From contig DATJMM010000008.1 of assembly GCA_035508735.1 (NCBI GenBank), positions 9,021 to 73,020 of the forward strand: DNA of 64,000 nucleotides, read 5' to 3'. The stretch is from Solirubrobacteraceae bacterium (GTDB lineage: Bacteria > Actinomycetota > Thermoleophilia > Solirubrobacterales > Solirubrobacteraceae). Of this stretch, positions 9,969 to 23,254 are shown one piece after another. The notes beneath the pieces were generated by a model. The model made no database searches. It worked only from the letters and a program-made list of their open reading frames with translations, and was not told the origin of the DNA. Position 1 is the stretch's first letter. Each line of letters begins with the position of its first letter. Position numbers and translations under genes: made by a program.

Positions 9969-11571
9969 CCTGGATCCACCGTTTCTGTCCGGGGTTGGGC
10001 AAAGGATGACCTCCTGAAAAGGGCTTGGTAGCGGCTGTTTAGGCCAGCCGCGGCCCTCGTTCAGGAGGTCACCTTCATGGTGCACGATGACGGGCCGGTC
10101 GGACCTGACGGTCTGCGGGTGTTTTTCGATGATGAGCGCGTGGTGCAGGGAGCCGGGGTCGCGCTGGTCGCGGCGCTCGCTGACCGGCTGGGGATCGAGG
10201 CGCTCGCGCAGCGACGTGTGAGGTTGTGCCGCGAGATGCCGGGGGCGGCGAACGCGGCTCGGAAGGTGATGGCGCTGCTGTTCGCGATGGTGCTCGGCGC
10301 GGACTGCATCGATGACTGCGAGGTGCTGCGCGCCGGGCGCACGCGTCGGCTCTTGGGCGGCTGGGTGCCGGCACCATCGACGCTTGGCACGTTCTTGCGC
10401 GCGTTCACCTTTGGGCATGTGCGCCAGCTCGACGCGCTGCTCGGAGATGCGCTCGTCGCGGCGTGGCGGGCAGGTGCGGGCCCTGGCAAGGAGCGGCTTC
10501 TGGTCGACGTGGACAGCTTTGTTGGGCCGGTGTGCGGGCGACTGAAGCAGGGCGCGACGTTTGGATACACAGGCTTGCTCGGCTATCACCCGATCCTCGC
10601 CACGCGCGCCGACACACGCGAGGTGCTGCACATCCGCTTGCGCAAGGGATCCGCGAACACCGTGAAGGGGATGCTGCGCTTCACCGAGGAGCTGATCGCT
10701 CGCGTCAACCGCGCCGGCGCAACAGGAGTCAAGCTGCTGCGCGCCGACTCGGGGTTCTGGAGCAACAAGGTTTTCGCGCGGCTGGAGAAGTCAGGCTGGC
10801 AGTACTCGATCGGCGTGCGCATGCAGAAAGGGATCCGCCAGGCAATCGATGCGATCGACGAGAGCGCCTGGCAGCCGATTCCCGACTACCCCGAGGAGGG
10901 CGAGGCTCAAATCGCCGAGACCGTCTATGGCGAGCGGCGTCTGGTCGTCCGCCGCACCCGGCTGCTCGGCGCGCAGGCGCAGCTGTGGCCGGATTGGCGT
11001 CACTTCGCGTTCATCACCAACCGCAGCGAGGAGCTCGCCCTCGTTGAGGCCGAGCATCGCGATCACGCCGTCGTCGAGCAGGTCATCGCCGACCTCAAAG
11101 ACCAAGCGCTCGCGCACTTCCCTTCGGGTAATTTCAACGCCAACGGCGCCTGGACAGTGCTCGGCGCGCTCGCGCACAACCTGCTCCGCTGGACACACCT
11201 CATCGGACTGCCTGACAGCACTGTTCGCGCCGCCAGGACCCTGCGCCGGCGGCTGATCCAAGTCGCCGGACGGCTCACCCGCCACGGGCGCAGCTGGACG
11301 CTGCACCTCCCCGCCCGCTGGCCCTGGCACGGCGACTACCTCGACGCGCTCAACCGGATCCGCGCGCTCCCGGCCGCCTGACACCGCGGCCACCGACCGG
11401 TTCAACCAGAACAGCTGTCCGGCGTGATCACCCCTGCCCGAAAACGCCCGCCTCCTCGGTCGACCGACGCGAACCCACACCACCAGCGCCACCCCGTCAA
11501 TCAAGCATCCCCCTGAAAGGCCCGATCAACCCCAGACCCCGACCCTCACTCAGCCGGCCGGTGGATCCAGG
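9969..11571 (+). mobile_element. IS1380-family insertion sequence
   Basis: Perfect 13-bp terminal IRs CCTGGATCCACCG (9969-9981) and CGGTGGATCCAGG (11559-11571). Flanks read CTTAC on the left and CTTAG on the right, a near-perfect 4-5 bp TSD. Confidence 0.9.
10077..11381 (+). CDS. IS1380-family DDE transposase
   Basis: PAPSTLGTFL; VDVDS (D1); GYHPILA; LLRADSGF (D2); RDHAVVEQVIADLK (E); NGAW. AGGAGG SD. Confidence 0.93.
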   Translation: MVHDDGPVGPDGLRVFFDDERVVQGAGVALVAALADRLGIEALAQRRVRLCREMPGAANAARKVMALLFAMVLGADCIDDCEVLRAGRTRRLLGGWVPAPSTLGTFLRAFTFGHVRQLDALLGDALVAAWRAGAGPGKERLLVDVDSFVGPVCGRLKQGATFGYTGLLGYHPILATRADTREVLHIRLRKGSANTVKGMLRFTEELIARVNRAGATGVKLLRADSGFWSNKVFARLEKSGWQYSIGVRMQKGIRQAIDAIDESAWQPIPDYPEEGEAQIAETVYGERRLVVRRTRLLGAQAQLWPDWRHFAFITNRSEELALVEAEHRDHAVVEQVIADLKDQALAHFPSGNFNANGAWTVLGALAHNLLRWTHLIGLPDSTVRAARTLRRRLIQVAGRLTRHGRSWTLHLPARWPWHGDYLDALNRIRALPAA

Positions 11572-11613
11572 CTTAGGCCGCGATAAAGCCGCGCGCCCTA
11601 ACCTCACTGCACG

Positions 11614-12654
11614 ATGAGCGCAGCAGAGCTCGGCCTTGGCGTGTCGGTGTTCCTCGCGTGCGCCGTGGAGGCGGTCGAGGCGCTGACGATCGTGCTGGCG
11701 GTAGGCGCCACGCGCGGGTACCCGTCGGCCCTGGGGGGAGCGGGCGCGGCGGCGCTGGCCCTGGCCATGGCGGTGGCCGCGCTCGGCCCCGCGATCACGC
11801 AGCTACCGATCGACGCGCTGCGCGTGGTGGTAGGCGGCCTGCTGCTGGTGTTCGGGCTGCAGTGGCTGAGCAAGGCGATCCTGCGGATGGCGGGGCTCAA
11901 GGCCAAGCACGACGAGCTCGCGGTCTACGCCAGCGAGGTCGCGGCGGCACGAGCTGCGGCCGCACAGGCGGCCGGCTTCGACGGCTACTCGTTCGCGATC
12001 GCCTTCAAGGGCGTGCTGCTGGAGGGTCTCGAGGTCGCCTTCATCGTGCTCACGTTCGGCGCGAACCAGCACCGCATCGCGCTCGCGGCGGCTGCCGCAG
12101 CCGCCGCGGTCGCGCTCGTGATCGCCCTCGGCGCAGCCGCCCGCGCACCTCTGTCGAGGGCGCCCGAGAACGCGATGAAGCTGGCCGTGGGCCTGATGTT
12201 GTGCTCGTTCGGCACGTTCTGGGGCGCCGAGGGCGCCGGCGCGCACTGGCCCGCGGGCGAGGCGGCGCTGCTCGCGATCGTCCCGGCGCTGCTCGCGCTC
12301 GCGCTCGCGCTGGGCGCACGCCCGCAGCTGTGGCGAGCTTCGCCGGAGGAACGCCGCCGCGGCCGGCGGCCCCCCCTGGGCGTACGCCGGCGCGGCCAGC
12401 GCGCTCAGTCGGGTGGCAGCCCGCGGCGGCGCCCGCATCCGCCCTCGCGCGCGTTCGCGGCGGCTCTCGCATTCGCCCTGCCTGCATGGCGGTTCGTGGC
12501 GGGCGAGGACTGGGTCGCAGCGCTGGCGGTGGCGTGCGGGCTGGCGCTGACGGCGCTCGTGGCCAGCGCCGGCGCCGCCGCCTGGTGGGCGATGCCGGTG
12601 ATGGTTGCGAGCGCGCTCACGTTGTCGATCCGCCGCAGCGCGCCGATCGTGTAG
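11614..12654 (+). CDS. COG4280-family membrane protein with a C-terminal fused small membrane domain
   Basis: FLACAVEAVEALTIVLAVG..FKGVLLEGLEVAFIV..ENAMKLAVGLMLCSFGTFW..EG, then an Arg/Pro linker and a FVAGEDW two-helix tail. Confidence 0.8.
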   Translation: MSAAELGLGVSVFLACAVEAVEALTIVLAVGATRGYPSALGGAGAAALALAMAVAALGPAITQLPIDALRVVVGGLLLVFGLQWLSKAILRMAGLKAKHDELAVYASEVAAARAAAAQAAGFDGYSFAIAFKGVLLEGLEVAFIVLTFGANQHRIALAAAAAAAAVALVIALGAAARAPLSRAPENAMKLAVGLMLCSFGTFWGAEGAGAHWPAGEAALLAIVPALLALALALGARPQLWRASPEERRRGRRPPLGVRRRGQRAQSGGSPRRRPHPPSRAFAAALAFALPAWRFVAGEDWVAALAVACGLALTALVASAGAAAWWAMPVMVASALTLSIRRSAPIV

Positions 12655-12669
12655 AACGGCTGCGCGCGC

Positions 12670-12736
12670 GGAGCGGCGCTCGTCGCCAGTGGCGCCGGCC
12701 GCTCGCTGGCGGCGTTTGCCGCCTCGGCGCCGCTCC
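12670..12736. other. GC-rich stem-loop (10-bp perfect outer stem)
   Basis: GGAGCGGCGC (12670-12679) pairs with GCGCCGCTCC (12727-12736), with inner short stems. No U-tract. Confidence 0.35.
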
Positions 12737-12755
12737 TCTACGATCTCGATTCGCG

Positions 12756-14714
12756 ATGCCGGAACCGCTTGCGCCCCGCCAGCGCTACATGCCTGGGCTC
12801 GACGGGCTGCGCGCGGTGGCGGTGCTCGCCGTCGTCGCCTATCACCTCGGGTTCTCCTGGGCCGGGGGCGGCCTGCTCGGCGTGGGAGTGTTCTTCACGC
12901 TCAGCGGCTACCTGATCAGCGACATCCTGCTGGCGCAGCTGCAGCGCGGCAGCATCCAGCTGGGGCGCTTCTGGCTGGGTCGCGCACGGCGGCTGCTGCC
13001 GGCGCTGTTCGCGATGCTCGCGATCGTGGCGATCTGGGTGGCGTTGCTCGGCCCCGCGCAGCCGGCCCAGTTCGGCGAAGCGATCGGCGCGGCGGTGCTG
13101 TACGTGGCGAACTGGCAGCTGGTCTTCCAGCACGTGTCCTACTTCGCGCGCTTCGGGCCGCTGTCGCCGCTGGGGCACCTGTGGTCGCTGGGCGTGGAGG
13201 AGCAGTTCTACGTGCTGTGGCCGCTGCTGCTGGCGATCGGCGCGAGCCTGCTGCGAGAGCGCCACACGCCCTCCGGCGTGCGCCCTCGGCTGGCGCTCGC
13301 GACGCTCCTGCTGGCAGCCGGCTCCGCGGTGGAGATGGCGCTCCTGTACAAGCCGAGCCTGGATCCCTCGCGCGTGTACTACGGAACGGACACGCGCGCC
13401 TTCGAGCTGCTGGCGGGGGCGGTGCTGGCGATGCTGTGGCCGAGCGCGCGGCTGCGCTCGGAGATCGCTCCGCGCGCGCGCTGGCTGCTTGACGGCGCGG
13501 GCGCCGCCGCCCTGCTGGCGGTGCTGGCGATGGTCTGGCGCACGGGGGAGTACACGCCGTTCCTGTACCGCGGCGGCTTCGCGGCGCTGTCGCTGGCGAG
13601 CGCTTGCGCGGTGGCGGTGCTGGTGCACCCCGGCTGCCGGCTCGGGCACGTCCTTGGCGTGGCGCCGCTGCGCTGGATCGGCGAGCGCTCCTACGGCATC
13701 TACCTGTGGCACGTGCCGATCATCGCGCTGAGCACGCCCAGCGGCGCGCACGGGGTGGACCTGGCGCGCGGCGCCGCCCAGCTGGCCGCCACGATCGCGG
13801 TGGCGACGCTGTCGTGGCGCTTCCTCGAGCAGCCGGTCCGCCACGGCGCCCTGGGGCGGATGTGGACGCGGCTGCGCGGCGCCCGCTGGCGCCCGCTGGC
13901 GGTGCCGCTGCGCGACCGCGCCACGCTCGGGATCGCAGTGGGCCTGCTGACGGCGGCGGCGGTGGCCTTGCTCGCGTGGCACCCGGAGCGCGAATCGCTC
14001 GCCTTCCCTTCGGGCGACCCGCGCAACAGCGCGCTCGTCTCGCCGGTGTCGCGCTCGTTCACGGCCGCGGCCCAGCGCGCCGCCGCGGCCGCCTCCACCC
14101 GCTCGGCCTGCCACACAGTGGTGCACATCGGCGACTCCACCTCCGAGGGCCTGGTCTCGCCGGATTACCTGCCGGACCCGGCGCAGCGCATCGAAGCGCA
14201 GTACGGCCGCGTGGGCGCGACCGACCAGCACTACGAGATCTCGGGCGCGAGGTCGATCGTGGAACGCTACGAAGACCAGCCCAACGCCTACGAAGTGGCG
14301 CAGCGCTGGAAGCGCGCCGGATATCACGGCTGCTGGGTGCTGGCGCTCGGCACCAACGACACGGCGGACGTGTACGTGGGCTCGAGCGTGGGCCGGCTGA
14401 CGCGCATCGAGCGCATGATGTCGCTGATCGGCGGCGAACCGGTGATGTGGGTGAACGTGAAGTCGCTGCTGCCGAGCGGCCCCTACGCGGAGCAGAACAT
14501 GCGCCTGTGGGACCAGGCGCTCATGCAGGCCTGCGCTAGATATCCCGACATGCGCGTGTTCGACTGGGCCGCGCTGGCGAAGGACCGCTGGTTCATCGGC
14601 GACGGCATCCACTACAACACGCCCGGCTACGCCGCGCGCAGCCGCCTGATCGCGCAGGCCCTGGCGCACGCCTTCCCCGCCTCGGGGGCGCGATCGGGCT
14701 GCGTGGTGCGCTGA
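12756..14714 (+). CDS. Acyltransferase-3 (OafA/OatA-like) with C-terminal SGNH domain
   Basis: GLDGLRAVAVLAVVAYH; GVGVFFTLSGYLI; RRLLPAL; HLWSLGVEEQFY; IGERSYGIYLWH; C-terminal IGDS..LGTND..DGIH. ATG at 12756. Confidence 0.92.
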   Translation: MPEPLAPRQRYMPGLDGLRAVAVLAVVAYHLGFSWAGGGLLGVGVFFTLSGYLISDILLAQLQRGSIQLGRFWLGRARRLLPALFAMLAIVAIWVALLGPAQPAQFGEAIGAAVLYVANWQLVFQHVSYFARFGPLSPLGHLWSLGVEEQFYVLWPLLLAIGASLLRERHTPSGVRPRLALATLLLAAGSAVEMALLYKPSLDPSRVYYGTDTRAFELLAGAVLAMLWPSARLRSEIAPRARWLLDGAGAAALLAVLAMVWRTGEYTPFLYRGGFAALSLASACAVAVLVHPGCRLGHVLGVAPLRWIGERSYGIYLWHVPIIALSTPSGAHGVDLARGAAQLAATIAVATLSWRFLEQPVRHGALGRMWTRLRGARWRPLAVPLRDRATLGIAVGLLTAAAVALLAWHPERESLAFPSGDPRNSALVSPVSRSFTAAAQRAAAAASTRSACHTVVHIGDSTSEGLVSPDYLPDPAQRIEAQYGRVGATDQHYEISGARSIVERYEDQPNAYEVAQRWKRAGYHGCWVLALGTNDTADVYVGSSVGRLTRIERMMSLIGGEPVMWVNVKSLLPSGPYAEQNMRLWDQALMQACARYPDMRVFDWAALAKDRWFIGDGIHYNTPGYAARSRLIAQALAHAFPASGARSGCVVR

Positions 14715-14728
14715 TCAGCGCCGCGCAG

Positions 14729-14755
14729 GCGCGCCGGCACGGCGTGCTGGCGCGC
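14729..14755. terminator. Hairpin between convergent genes
   Basis: GCGCGCCGGCAC-ggc-GTGCTGGCGCGC, a 12-bp stem with one G-U pair. No U-tract. Confidence 0.3.
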
Positions 14756-14776
14756 CGGGCTCTCCATGACGGAGGG

Positions 14777-16579
14777 TCAGTCGAGCAGCAGCGCGACCAC
14801 GCGCGTGCCGCGCTCGACCTGCGGCTCGGTGGCGAGCACGGTGTTGTGGTAGAGGAAGGCCTCGGTCAGGCGCACCATCGCGTAGGCGAGGCTGCGCACG
14901 TCGGTTTTGGGCGTGAAGGCGCCGGCGCGCTGCTCTTCGAGCAGCAGCCGGCGCACCGCGGCGAGCGTGCGCGGGTGCACGTGGCCGTCGGCGGAGGTGA
15001 GGATCTCCAGCGCGGCCTGCGGCTCCTGTCGCAGGAAGATCTGCAGCGGCTGGGCGTTGACGAGGGCGCCGACGAACTGGCGGTAGACGGCGAGTATGCG
15101 GCTCACGCCGGAGTCCTCGCGGTGGTTCTCGGAGGCGGCTGCCAGCAGCGTCTCCGAGAGCGAGGCGAGCACCTCGCCGAGCAGCTGCTCGCGCTCGCCG
15201 CACCACCGCGCGAGCGTCTGCCCGGAGACGCCCAGCTGGGCGGCCAGCGCGGCCATGTCCAGGCGCCTGCCCATCAGGTAGGTCGTGCGGGCCGCGGCGA
15301 AGGCGGCCGCGGGCGTCGCCGCGAGCGGCTCGCCCGCGCCCGGGTCGCCGGCGAGCTCGCAGCGGCCGGCGGCCTGCGCGGCGAGCGAGGCGGGGGGCGG
15401 CTGCACCGCCACGCCGTCGGTGGCGCGGGACACGCACACGCGGTCGCGCCCGTCAGCCTTGGCGGCGTAGAGCGCGCGGTCGGCGGCCACCAGCAGGTCG
15501 TCGAGCTCGACGGCCGCCCCCGCTTGGGCGCACACGCCGACGCCGACCGAGATCGTCATGTCCAGGTCGGCGGGGCGCGCGAGCGCAACCGCGGCGCGCA
15601 GGCGCTCGGCGGCCGCGACGGCGGCGGCCTCGTCGCTGCCGGGCAGCAGCACGACGAACTCCTCGCCGCCGTAGCGGTAGATGTAGTCGAAGGTGCGCAG
15701 CGTGGTGCGCATAGTGTTGGCGAGCTCGCGCAGCACCTGATCGCCGATCATGTGCCCGTTGCGGTCGTTGACGTGCTTGAAGTGGTCGACGTCGCACATC
15801 AGCACCGCCACCGGCGTGTCGGTGAACCGCGCCTGCGCGATCAGCTCGCCGGCGCGGAGCGCCAGCGACTGGCGGTTGAACAGCCCGGTGAGGGGGTCGA
15901 TCGAGGCGGCCGCGCGGTGCTTGACGTCGGAGCGCATCAAAGCCGCGGAGAACAGGCCCACGCCGGCGAGCAGCGTGAGCGGCACGAGCACGCGCTGGGG
16001 GCTGGCGGCGACCTCGGCGGGGCTGACGGCGATGGTGACGGCGAGCGTGATGAGCGTGGTCCAGGTCACGCCGGCGATCACGCCACGCGCGTTGAAGCGG
16101 GCGCTGAGCGTGGCGGCGGGGATCGCCAGCCACGGCAGGAACACGCTGTCGGGGCCACCGGTGAACACGATCGAGACGCCGATCATGAGCTGCGCGAGGC
16201 ACCACGCGACCATGAAGTGGTACTCGGGCCGGCGGCTGCGCGCGCCGAGCCGGTCGGCAAGGCGGAAGCCGACCGCGGCGCCGGCGAGCGGCGCCAGCGG
16301 CCACCAGCCGATCCACGGTCCCAGCACGACCAGCGTGCCGGCGAGCAGCGCGAACACGGTGACGCGCGCGGGACGCAGGTGGTTCTCCATGTCGAGCATG
16401 CGCCGGCGCGTGGCCTCGTCGCGGCACAGCAGCGACGGTCCGCCGGCGAGCCGGTCGACCGGCACCGGCGAGGAAGCCAGCCCGGCCCAGGTCGAGCTCC
16501 TGCCATCGCCGTCGCCGCCGTCGCGCGCCGGACGCTTGACGTTTATGGCCTGTGGATGCGGAATCGTTGCGCTGCTCAC
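14777..16579 (-). CDS. Membrane diguanylate cyclase (GGEEF) fused to a QsdR/TetR-type DNA-binding domain
   Basis: About 5-6 TM helices, then DPLTGLFNR, DVDHFKHVND..GHMIGD, RTFD I-site and YGGEEF, ADRALYAAK. C-terminus RRLDMAALAAQLGVSGQTLARW..EQLLGEVL..LAYAMVRLTEAFLY. Exact start uncertain. Confidence 0.85.
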   Translation of the reverse strand: MSSATIPHPQAINVKRPARDGGDGDGRSSTWAGLASSPVPVDRLAGGPSLLCRDEATRRRMLDMENHLRPARVTVFALLAGTLVVLGPWIGWWPLAPLAGAAVGFRLADRLGARSRRPEYHFMVAWCLAQLMIGVSIVFTGGPDSVFLPWLAIPAATLSARFNARGVIAGVTWTTLITLAVTIAVSPAEVAASPQRVLVPLTLLAGVGLFSAALMRSDVKHRAAASIDPLTGLFNRQSLALRAGELIAQARFTDTPVAVLMCDVDHFKHVNDRNGHMIGDQVLRELANTMRTTLRTFDYIYRYGGEEFVVLLPGSDEAAAVAAAERLRAAVALARPADLDMTISVGVGVCAQAGAAVELDDLLVAADRALYAAKADGRDRVCVSRATDGVAVQPPPASLAAQAAGRCELAGDPGAGEPLAATPAAAFAAARTTYLMGRRLDMAALAAQLGVSGQTLARWCGEREQLLGEVLASLSETLLAAASENHREDSGVSRILAVYRQFVGALVNAQPLQIFLRQEPQAALEILTSADGHVHPRTLAAVRRLLLEEQRAGAFTPKTDVRSLAYAMVRLTEAFLYHNTVLATEPQVERGTRVVALLLD

Positions 16580-16691
16580 AACGGCGCTATCGACTCCGCC
16601 GAGAGCTGCTGACGAGGAATCAAGGCCTCTGGACGGACGTCCTAGGGAGCGGCGCGATCAGCTGCGCCAGCCCACAGGGGGGTGTCTCTTA

Positions 16692-16719
16692 TGGACACGT
16701 TTGTATACGCACGTGTCCA
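16692..16719. promoter_or_regulatory. 9-10-9 perfect inverted repeat, candidate operator
   Basis: TGGACACGT-ttgtatacgc-ACGTGTCCA, upstream of the DGC-TetR fusion. Confidence 0.45.
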
Positions 16720-16792
16720 GATGAGCGCGGCGCCAGGCGAGCGCAGCCGAGGCGCGAGCGAACGCGGCGGCGTGCGGCTGGTCGAACGGCGG

Positions 16793-17632
16793 CTAGCGCG
16801 AGGCGGCGATCTCGGCCAGCGCCTGCGCGCGCTCCTCGCGGTTGAGCGAGTCCACGAACACCACCGCCATGGCGATGCCGAACACCAGGAACTCGATCAG
16901 GCACACGGAGGCGCCGGCGATCTGCTGGTCGGCGATCGCCGACAGCCCGTAGCCGCGCGGGAAGCTCACGTACAGCGGGTAGAGGGTGCTGGTCATGAAC
17001 GTCAGCGGCACGCAGATGATCGCGCTGGTGACGCGCGAGAAGCCGATGTAGGCGAGCCGGCCGAAGCCGGGGTTGCGCCGCTCGGTGGGCAGCGGCGTGA
17101 TGATCAGCCACCACAGCGCGAAGCCCGTGTAGAAGAGCGTGAAGTGCTCGAAGTTGTGCAGCAGCTGGTGCTGCGCGGTGTAGTCGAACACCGGCGGCAC
17201 CGACCACGCCAGCAGCGTGGCCGACCACACCGGCAGCGCCACCCAGGGCTTCGTGACCACGCCCCACACGCGGCCGACTGCGCCGCGGGGCGCAAAGCGC
17301 CTGAGCAGCGGCGCTGGCATCCCCAGCGGCAGCACCGGCGCGCGCAGGCCGAGGATCACCAGCGGCGGCGCGATGTCGGCCAGCAGCACGTGCTGGATCA
17401 TGTGCGCCGAGAGCAGCCAGTGCACGGCGATCGTGTTCAGGGGCGAGCCGAGCGCGATCAGGATCGTGGCCAGGCCGCTGAAGTAGAAGGCCCAGTGCCC
17501 CGCACCCACCGGCTTGCCGGTGAGCCGCTTCACCCGCCGCAGCATCGAGACGTACCAGCCGCCCGCCACCAGCAGGCCGATCCACAGCAGCGGGACGACG
17601 CTCCAGGTGCCCCATCCGGGCGCGCTGCTCAT
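16793..17632 (-). CDS. Cytochrome c oxidase assembly protein (Caa3_CtaG family)
   Basis: LLSAHMIQHVLLADIAPPL; HNFEHFTLF; DQQIAG; multiple TM helices. Confidence 0.88.
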   Translation of the reverse strand: MSSAPGWGTWSVVPLLWIGLLVAGGWYVSMLRRVKRLTGKPVGAGHWAFYFSGLATILIALGSPLNTIAVHWLLSAHMIQHVLLADIAPPLVILGLRAPVLPLGMPAPLLRRFAPRGAVGRVWGVVTKPWVALPVWSATLLAWSVPPVFDYTAQHQLLHNFEHFTLFYTGFALWWLIITPLPTERRNPGFGRLAYIGFSRVTSAIICVPLTFMTSTLYPLYVSFPRGYGLSAIADQQIAGASVCLIEFLVFGIAMAVVFVDSLNREERAQALAEIAASR

Positions 17633-17719
17633 CGCTCGCTCAGGGCCTCTCTGCTCGCGTCGCCGGTTCCACTGGAGGCGTCAGGCTAGCACCAGGGCTT
17701 GGCGTATGCTGGCTTGATC

Positions 17720-17751
17720 ATGCGCGCAGGCTCGCTCACGGTGCCGTTCGG

Positions 17752-17755
<4 letters not shown>
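17720..17755 (+). CDS. Putative 11-aa upstream ORF (MRAGSLTVPFG) coupled to the Cu-ATPase
   Basis: TATGCT at 17705-17710, ATG 9 nt later, and TGA (17753-17755) overlapping the ATPase ATG (ATGA). Confidence 0.3.
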
Positions 17756-20040
<2,285 letters not shown>

Positions 20041-20106
20041 GCGGCCCGGACTGGCGCGTCACCGGCTCGCGTCGCGCGCCCGCCGCGGCCGGCGGCGCGC
20101 GTCCAC

Positions 20107-22764
<2,658 letters not shown>

Positions 22765-22766
22765 CT

Positions 22767-22806
22767 CTATGTCCTCTTGTGGATCGCTATGTCCTCTTGT
22801 GGATCG
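22767..22806. repeat. Perfect 20-bp tandem duplication at the hspR-clpB junction
   Basis: CTATGTCCTCTTGTGGATCG x2 (22767-22786, 22787-22806). On the minus strand one copy supplies the hspR stop, and both carry an AGAGGA SD-like sequence. Confidence 0.95.
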
Positions 22807-23254
22807 GCCTGAACGGCGAGCGTGCGTCGGCCGCGCGCACGAGCTCCACGCTGGGCGGGCGCGAGTTCGGAAACGGCATCAGCTCCGCGCGGAAGGAGCG
22901 GCGCACCTGCTCCAGCTCCTGGGCCAGGCGGACCTGCGCCTGCAGCGCCTCCAGCTCGAGCTGCTCGATGCGGGCGTGCATGCCCTCGATCTCCGCCTCC
23001 AGGCGCAGCACGCGCTCCACCCCGGCGAGGTTGAGCCCCAGCTCCGCCGTCATCTCCTGGATGCGCCTGAGCTTCTCCACGTCCTCCTGGGAGTACAGGC
23101 GCGTGCCCTTCGGCGAGCGCTGCGGCTCGATCAGCCCCCGCGTCTCGTACATGCGCAGCGTCTGCGGGTGCATGTTGGCGAGCTCCGCCGCCACCGAGAT
23201 CATGAACACGCCGCGGTCGCTCGCCACCTGGACGCTCGTGCGCTTAGGCGCCAT
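22787..23254 (-). CDS. hspR: Heat-shock repressor HspR (MerR family)
   Basis: [51 protein letters not shown]; follows dnaJ. Confidence 0.93.
   Translation of the reverse strand: MAPKRTSVQVASDRGVFMISVAAELANMHPQTLRMYETRGLIEPQRSPKGTRLYSQEDVEKLRRIQEMTAELGLNLAGVERVLRLEAEIEGMHARIEQLELEALQAQVRLAQELEQVRRSFRAELMPFPNSRPPSVELVRAADARSPFRPIHKRT

Noticed and set aside
11658-14714. Apparent 1018-aa acyltransferase
   Set aside because: The first 366 codons overlap COG4280 out of frame and are low complexity. AT3 homology starts at ATG 12756.
16580-16690. Possible cyclic-dinucleotide riboswitch upstream of the DGC (CTCGTCAGCAGC resembles part of the ydaO motif)
   Set aside because: The other conserved elements are missing. 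An Infernal/Rfam scan would settle it.
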